Assembly (NCBI GenBank): GCA_022560555.1
Contig: JADFSZ010000097.1
Location: 1-6,722, forward strand
Source: PVC group bacterium
Lineage (GTDB): Bacteria; GCA-001730085; JADFSZ01
DNA: 6,722 nucleotides
Reading direction: 5' to 3'
Part shown: positions 1-4,058 of the stretch, piece after piece
Layout of the letters: each line of letters begins with the position of its first letter
How positions within the stretch are numbered: the first letter of the stretch is position 1
Notes under the pieces: generated by a model
What the model was told of the DNA's origin: nothing
Databases searched by the model: none
Seen by the model: the letters and a program-made list of their open reading frames with translations, nothing else
Translations under genes and position numbers: made by a program

Positions 1-850
1 CATTTTCTCCCTGACTTGCGGCCACTTGAGAAACCAACGTTTCCGCCATAATCCAGATTTCACCCCCAACATCCACAAAAACGTACGTTTGCTCATCATG
101 AACTGAAACCGCCCGGTTCGCAGGCAAAGTCCAAGGGGTCGTTGTCCAAATGAGAAGATACACAGGCTTTTTTAGGCCCTGGTCATCCTCACATCGAAAT
201 TTGACAAAAATCGACGGGCTTGTTTTAGATTCATGTTCTACTTCGGCTTCCGCGAGAGCCGTCTGACAGGTGCAACACCAATGAATGGGACGCAATTTCT
301 TATAAACAAATCCGCGCTCGACCAATTTTCGAAAACTTTTTAAAATCGCCGCTTCGTAACTAGTATCCATCGTCAAATACGGTTTTTCCCAATCACCAAA
401 AATTCCCAAACGCTCAAACTCTTCCTTCTGTATTTTGATAAATTTATCCGCGTATTCACGGCACTTTTTTCGAATTTTTAAAGTGTCCTCAACGTCTTGA
501 CCCCCTGGAGATTTGACAACCTGGTGCTCGATCGGAAGGCCGTGACAATCCCAGCCGGGGACATACGGACAATCGAAGCCATCCAAAGAATGAAATTTCA
601 CAACAAAATCCTTGAGTGTTTTATTGAGAACATGGCCTAAATGAATGTGACCGTTAGCATAGGGAGGGCCGTCATGAAGAACGTATTTCTTCTGCCCCTT
701 TCGTTTTTCACGCAGCGCGGAATACATATTAAGACTCGACCAATACCGGAGGATCTCCGGTTCTTTCATCGTCAAATTCGCCTTCATGGAAAAATTCGTT
801 GAGGGCAGATTGATCGTGTCTTTATAATTCGTTTTTTCTTGAGTACCCAT
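1..850 (-). CDS. ileS: Isoleucyl-tRNA synthetase, N-terminal ~283 codons; the 3' end runs off the left edge of the window
   Basis: This ORF is absent from the supplied track because the window truncates it. Hand translation of the reverse complement from the ATG at 850..848 gives MGTQEKTNYKDTINLPSTNFSMKANLTMKEPEILRYWSSLNMYSALREKRKGQKKYVLHDGPPYANGHIHLGHVLNKTLKDFVVKFHSLDGFDCPYVPGWDCHGLPIEHQ... It stays open to position 1. It carries the class I HIGH signature (PPYANGHIHLGH), then GWDCHGLPIE and later TTTPWTLPAN, all typical of bacterial IleS. Confidence 0.9.
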   Translation of the reverse strand, partial: MGTQEKTNYKDTINLPSTNFSMKANLTMKEPEILRYWSSLNMYSALREKRKGQKKYVLHDGPPYANGHIHLGHVLNKTLKDFVVKFHSLDGFDCPYVPGWDCHGLPIEHQVVKSPGGQDVEDTLKIRKKCREYADKFIKIQKEEFERLGIFGDWEKPYLTMDTSYEAAILKSFRKLVERGFVYKKLRPIHWCCTCQTALAEAEVEHESKTSPSIFVKFRCEDDQGLKKPVYLLIWTTTPWTLPANRAVSVHDEQTYVFVDVGGEIWIMAETLVSQVAASQGEN

Positions 851-913
851 TGTCAGTTCGGAGTTATGAATTTGTGATTTTTTTCGATTTACTATTTACC
901 ATTTACGATTTAC
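851..913. repeat. In-phase heptanucleotide tandem array: four clear NATTTAC units at 886-913, preceded by five degenerate heptads
   Basis: The plus strand reads GATTTAC(886) TATTTAC(893) CATTTAC(900) GATTTAC(907). On the minus strand this is GTAAATn x4. In the same 7-nt phase upstream lie TGTCAGT(851) TCGGAGT(858) TATGAAT(865) TTGTGAT(872) TTTTTCG(879). The array covers the mtnP stop codon (903-905) and fills the whole mtnP-ileS gap. Confidence 0.8.
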
Positions 914-1778
914 GGTCTTTCAGATGTTTCCCTATAATGAGTTCCAGCTTTTTTTTAGTGGCATCCGGAATAGCACTTACCTCCGTGATAATGGCTTTGT
1001 CCAGGGCATGAGCGCAAGAGCAATTCCGCTCAACAGGTATCTCGGGAACAATCCGGCGGATCATTTTTTTGGCCTTATCCACATTGGCCAAAAGGTGCTG
1101 AACCACCGTCTCCACCGTAACGTCTTCTTCTTCCTCGTGCCAGCAATCATAATCCGTCACCATCGCCATGGTGACATAACATATCTCGGCTTCTCGCGCG
1201 AGCTTCGCTTCATATAGATTCGTCATCCCAATCACATCCATGCCCCAACTTCGATAAAGTTGCGATTCGGCCTTCGTTGAAAACGCGGGCCCTTCCATGT
1301 TCACATATGTCCCCTTGGCGTGAACCCCCAGATGTTCTCGGCGACCCGCGGCTACCGCCTGTTCGGCTAAAACAGGACAAATCGGTTGGCCAAAGGAAAT
1401 ATGCGCCACACACCCTTCACCAAAAAATGTTCCCTTTCGTCCTTGATTTGTCCGATCCACAAACTGGTCCGGAACAACCATATCCCGGGGTTTATATTCT
1501 TCCTTGAGGCTGCCCACGGCGGAAATCGAAAGAATCCGCGAGACACCCAAAAATTTCATTCCGTAAATGTTAGCCCGGTAATTGATCTCCGACGGTGTTA
1601 AACGATGTCCTTTTCCGTGCCGAGCAAGAAAAACAACGTCCACACCGCCCAAGTTTCCCGTCACATATTCATCCGAGGCCGGTCCCCAAGGGGTATCTAC
1701 CCGAACAGAATTGATATCCATCAAGTCATCCATATTATAAAGTCCGCTTCCGCCAATAATTCCGATTTTTTGTCCCAT
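903..1778 (-). CDS. mtnP: S-methyl-5'-thioadenosine phosphorylase (purine nucleoside phosphorylase family 2)
   Basis: 291-aa ORF. The N-terminus reads [11 protein letters not shown]. It also contains [46 protein letters not shown] and VTDYDCW, which are characteristic MTAP motifs. A GAGG Shine-Dalgarno-like element sits about 10 nt upstream of the ATG, inside the end of the preceding gene. Confidence 0.9.
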   Translation of the reverse strand: MGQKIGIIGGSGLYNMDDLMDINSVRVDTPWGPASDEYVTGNLGGVDVVFLARHGKGHRLTPSEINYRANIYGMKFLGVSRILSISAVGSLKEEYKPRDMVVPDQFVDRTNQGRKGTFFGEGCVAHISFGQPICPVLAEQAVAAGRREHLGVHAKGTYVNMEGPAFSTKAESQLYRSWGMDVIGMTNLYEAKLAREAEICYVTMAMVTDYDCWHEEEEDVTVETVVQHLLANVDKAKKMIRRIVPEIPVERNCSCAHALDKAIITEVSAIPDATKKKLELIIGKHLKDRKS

Positions 1779-1783
1779 TTCTG

Positions 1784-2020
1784 CTATGCCTCAATTTTTA
1801 ATGTCTTGTCCCTGGATCTTTTTCCTTTTACGATGGAAACAGCGGATATGCGCACATGATACATTTTCGCAATCATCTTTTTTAGAGCCTCATTGGCTTT
1901 TCCGTCTTCCGGTACCGCGGTAAGCTTGGCCCGAAACCGGTTTTTTCCCAACAAAATCAATTCATTTTTGCGGGCCCGAGGTATTACGCGCACTTCTATC
2001 ACACGAACACTTTGACTCAA
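1784..2020 (-). CDS. yggU: DUF167 (YggU-like) small protein
   Basis: 78-aa ORF containing [13 protein letters not shown]...[25 protein letters not shown]...[16 protein letters not shown]. This matches the DUF167 pattern (V.P.A..N......L.V....P.DGKAN.AL...L........V.I..G..SR.K). The assigned start is a TTG that overlaps the yggT stop codon as TTGA, so the exact start is uncertain. Confidence 0.75.
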   Translation of the reverse strand: MSQSVRVIEVRVIPRARKNELILLGKNRFRAKLTAVPEDGKANEALKKMIAKMYHVRISAVSIVKGKRSRDKTLKIEA

Positions 2021-2337
2021 AATATTCCCATGGAGGATGAACTTAATTGAACAATGTAAATATAAAAATTCTGCAGAATTTCCCGCAGAATATTAATCCC
2101 CACAAGCACAACCCAAGGGGTCAAGTCCATCATACCAATTTGCAAAAACGGCATCAGACGTTTGGCTTTTTGAAGAACAGGATCCGTTAATGAACACAAA
2201 ATGCGCACAACAGGATTATACGGATCTGGATTGACCCAGGAAAGGAACACACGGATAAGAATAATCCAGAAATATCCCGACAAAAGCATCATGCCGAAGC
2301 TTAAAATTCCTTTAAGAATAGGACCTAGTACAATCAT
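2017..2337 (-). CDS. yggT: YggT/Ycf19-family integral membrane protein
   Basis: The ORF contains LIRVFLSWVNPDPYNPVVRILCSLTDPVLQKAKRLMP, the YggT signature, flanked by hydrophobic helices. The track begins it at a TTG (2349). I prefer the ATG at 2337..2335, which is preceded by GGAG (2347..2344) with a 6-nt spacer. That start gives 106 aa. Confidence 0.8.
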   Translation of the reverse strand: MIVLGPILKGILSFGMMLLSGYFWIILIRVFLSWVNPDPYNPVVRILCSLTDPVLQKAKRLMPFLQIGMMDLTPWVVLVGINILREILQNFYIYIVQLSSSSMGIF

Positions 2338-2352
2338 GTTCCACTCCAAATT

Positions 2353-3177
2353 TTACGTGTTCAGTTTTGACAAATCATCCGCGCGTTTCGCTGCATTTTT
2401 AACCGTCTCAAGAATGATGCCGGAAAAATCTTTTTGATCCATCACACTCATGCCGGCCTCCGTTGTGCCGCCGGGAGATGTAACTTTTTTCCGGAGCTCT
2501 TCGGGTGGTACGGAAGATTCCGCGAGCAGCTTTGCCGATCCCAGGATCGTCTGAAGTATCAATTCCTTCGCAAGATCAGCCGCTAAACCCAGTTTTTCAC
2601 CAGCACGAATCAACTCTTCGGCTAAACGAAAAACATAAGCCGGGCCCGATCCCGAAAGAGCGGTAATTAAATTCATCTGAGACTCTTTCACCTCAACAAC
2701 CCGTCCGACGGATTCAAAAACAGCTCGAACCACAGAACGATTTTTATCGCTGACGTTCGCGCTAAACGCCAGTGCCGTCATCGCTTCTCCGATAAGAGCC
2801 GGCGTGTTCGGCATCACACGCACAACATCTGTGTCCGGACCTAAAACGTTTTTGATGACCTCCGATGAGACACCGGCCACAATGGAGACGATCACTTTGC
2901 CTTCGGTTTGGTTTGAAATTTCATCCAAAATAGTTTTAATCTGCTGAGGCTTAACGGCCAAAATCAAGATGTCACTGGCTTCAAGGATGGAAATATTCCT
3001 GGAGGAAATATTGATGCCGGTTTCTTCTTTGAGTTGGGTCAGTCTCTCGGGCCTGACATCGCTTGCGTGAATGTTGTCAGGAATAGTAATCTTTTTCTGG
3101 AGCATCCCTTTTATCAGGGCCTCGGCCATATTGCCGGCACCGATAAAACCGATAATTTTACTGATTTTTTTAACCAT
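2353..3177 (-). CDS. proC: Pyrroline-5-carboxylate reductase
   Basis: 274-aa ORF. It has an N-terminal Rossmann motif IGFIGAGNMAEALIKG, the block LAVKPQ, and the C-terminal ProC signature VTSPGGTTEAG. Confidence 0.92.
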   Translation of the reverse strand: MVKKISKIIGFIGAGNMAEALIKGMLQKKITIPDNIHASDVRPERLTQLKEETGINISSRNISILEASDILILAVKPQQIKTILDEISNQTEGKVIVSIVAGVSSEVIKNVLGPDTDVVRVMPNTPALIGEAMTALAFSANVSDKNRSVVRAVFESVGRVVEVKESQMNLITALSGSGPAYVFRLAEELIRAGEKLGLAADLAKELILQTILGSAKLLAESSVPPEELRKKVTSPGGTTEAGMSVMDQKDFSGIILETVKNAAKRADDLSKLNT

Positions 3178-3183
3178 TTTATG

Positions 3184-3288
3184 AGTTCAGATGTCAGAGA
3201 CCAGCGGTCAGAGTTCAGAAGTCAGATACTGTCTTCTGTTTTCTGTTATCTGTCTTCTACCTTTGTCATTTATCATTTCTCATTGGTT
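3184..3288. repeat. About 15 contiguous in-phase heptanucleotide units in three sub-families; the first two are inverted relative to each other
   Basis: Plus-strand sub-family 1: AGTTCAG(3184) ATGTCAG(3191) AGACCAG(3198) CGGTCAG(3205) AGTTCAG(3212) AAGTCAG(3219). Sub-family 2: ATACTGT(3226) CTTCTGT(3233) TTTCTGT(3240) TATCTGT(3247) CTTCTAC(3254). Sub-family 3: CTTTGTC(3261) ATTTATC(3268) ATTTCTC(3275) ATTGGTT(3282). The array fills the yggS-proC gap and extends into the last codons of yggS. Confidence 0.85.
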
Positions 3289-3959
3289 TCTAAGACTCCC
3301 TCAAAAACGGCACTGCCGATTCGAAGTATATCCGCGCCTTCTTCCAAAGCCAACGGATAATCGTGACTCATCCCCATAGATAATTTCCATCTTGAATTGT
3401 ATTTTAGCCGCATGTTGTGCAATGCCTTAAATGTGCTGCGAATCCATTCAGCATCATCGGTTAAAGGCGCCATCGTCATCAGACCCAGTATGCGAATATT
3501 CTGACAAGACTCTATCTGATTTAAAACGCTTTCGACCTCTTCGGGGCGGAGGCCCCATTTAGCCTCCTCACCGGATGTGTTCACCTCCAAAAAAACATCA
3601 ACCTTCTTGCCAACTTTTTCGGCTTGTTGATTTATCGCTTGGGCCAATTTCAAACTATCCACAGAATGAATCGTTGAAAATATTTCGAGAGCCGTTTTGA
3701 CTTTGTTGGTCTGCAAATGACCGATCATGTGCCAGCAAAAAGGTTCTTTGATATGACGTATCTTTTCTTTCGCTTCTTGGACTCTATTTTCACCCAAATC
3801 CTGAACATCCAGAGCCATCAATTCACGCACCACTTCGGCAGGAATTGTTTTCGTAACGACAACGAGTCTAATCTCTTGGCTGTTCCGGTGATGTTTCTCA
3901 CAAATGTGCCGGATATGTGTGCGTATCCGATCAAGATTTTCCCGAAGACGCTCCTTCAT
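3273..3959 (-). CDS. yggS: YggS/PLPBP-family pyridoxal-phosphate-binding protein (alanine-racemase-N fold)
   Basis: 228-aa ORF containing [56 protein letters not shown] and [28 protein letters not shown]-like blocks. These are typical of YggS, including the PLP lysine in the VTK motif. Confidence 0.9.
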   Translation of the reverse strand: [228 protein letters not shown]

Positions 3960-3967
3960 GGGGGGCT

Positions 3968-3995
3968 ATTATAGTGAAAACTTTAGAAAAATCAA
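3968..3995 (-). promoter_or_regulatory. Putative sigma70-type promoter for yggS and the downstream minus-strand genes
   Basis: The minus strand reads TTGATT (3995..3990), a 16-nt spacer, then a perfect TATAAT (3973..3968). Only 8 nt (AGCCCCCC) separate the -10 box from the yggS ATG at 3959. This is a motif-based prediction only. Confidence 0.5.
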
Positions 3996-4012
3996 TCCAA
4001 TTATATATATGT

Positions 4013-4022
4013 TGCCCGGGCA
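4013..4022. promoter_or_regulatory. Perfect 10-bp palindrome TGCCCGGGCA directly abutting the -35 box of the plus-strand promoter; possible operator
   Basis: TGCCCGGGCA equals its own reverse complement. It is GC-rich within an otherwise AT-rich spacer and ends 1 nt before TTGACA (4023-4028). Confidence 0.35.
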
Positions 4023-4051
4023 TTGACATTATCTTAATAATTTGATAATGT
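4023..4051 (+). promoter_or_regulatory. Putative sigma70-type promoter for the 813-aa gene
   Basis: A perfect -35 TTGACA lies at 4023-4028. Two -10 readings are possible. One is TAATGT (4046-4051) after a 17-nt spacer, preceded by an extended -10 TG (4043-4044). The other is GATAAT (4044-4049) after a 15-nt spacer. Either puts the transcription start within about 3 nt of the ATG at 4059. Confidence 0.5.
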
Positions 4052-4058
4052 TAAACTT

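Noticed and set aside
851-902. T-box or other leader regulating ileS
   Set aside because: The gap is only 52 nt, far too short for a T-box riboswitch, and it shows no specifier or antiterminator-like structure. It contains only heptamer repeats and an A7 run.
924-1859. Several plus-strand ORFs (924-1217, 1277-1507, 1386-1601, 1605-1859), and a minus-strand out-of-frame ORF (1210-1413), overlapping mtnP
   Set aside because: All overlap the strongly supported mtnP coding frame, and their compositions are arbitrary. They are typical antisense or out-of-frame shadow ORFs.
3216-3238. Intrinsic terminator between yggS and proC
   Set aside because: A 10-bp stem with one mismatch exists, but on the transcribed minus strand it is followed by CUGAACUCUGACC, not a U-tract. 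I therefore did not call a terminator.
3184-3288. Possible CRISPR array
   Set aside because: The repeat units are only 7 bp and directly abut one another with no spacers. No cas genes are present. This is a microsatellite-like tandem array, not a CRISPR array.
3191-3379. 62-aa plus-strand ORF starting inside the heptamer array, with a hydrophobic stretch (CLLFSVICLLPLSFII)
   Set aside because: The hydrophobic segment is just the translation of the T/C-rich heptamer repeats. The remainder is antisense to the well-supported yggS gene. There is no Shine-Dalgarno sequence or promoter evidence.
4002-4010. Short (TA)4 alternating run in the divergent promoter region
   Set aside because: It is too short to be meaningful on its own. 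It may simply reflect the AT-richness of the promoter spacer.
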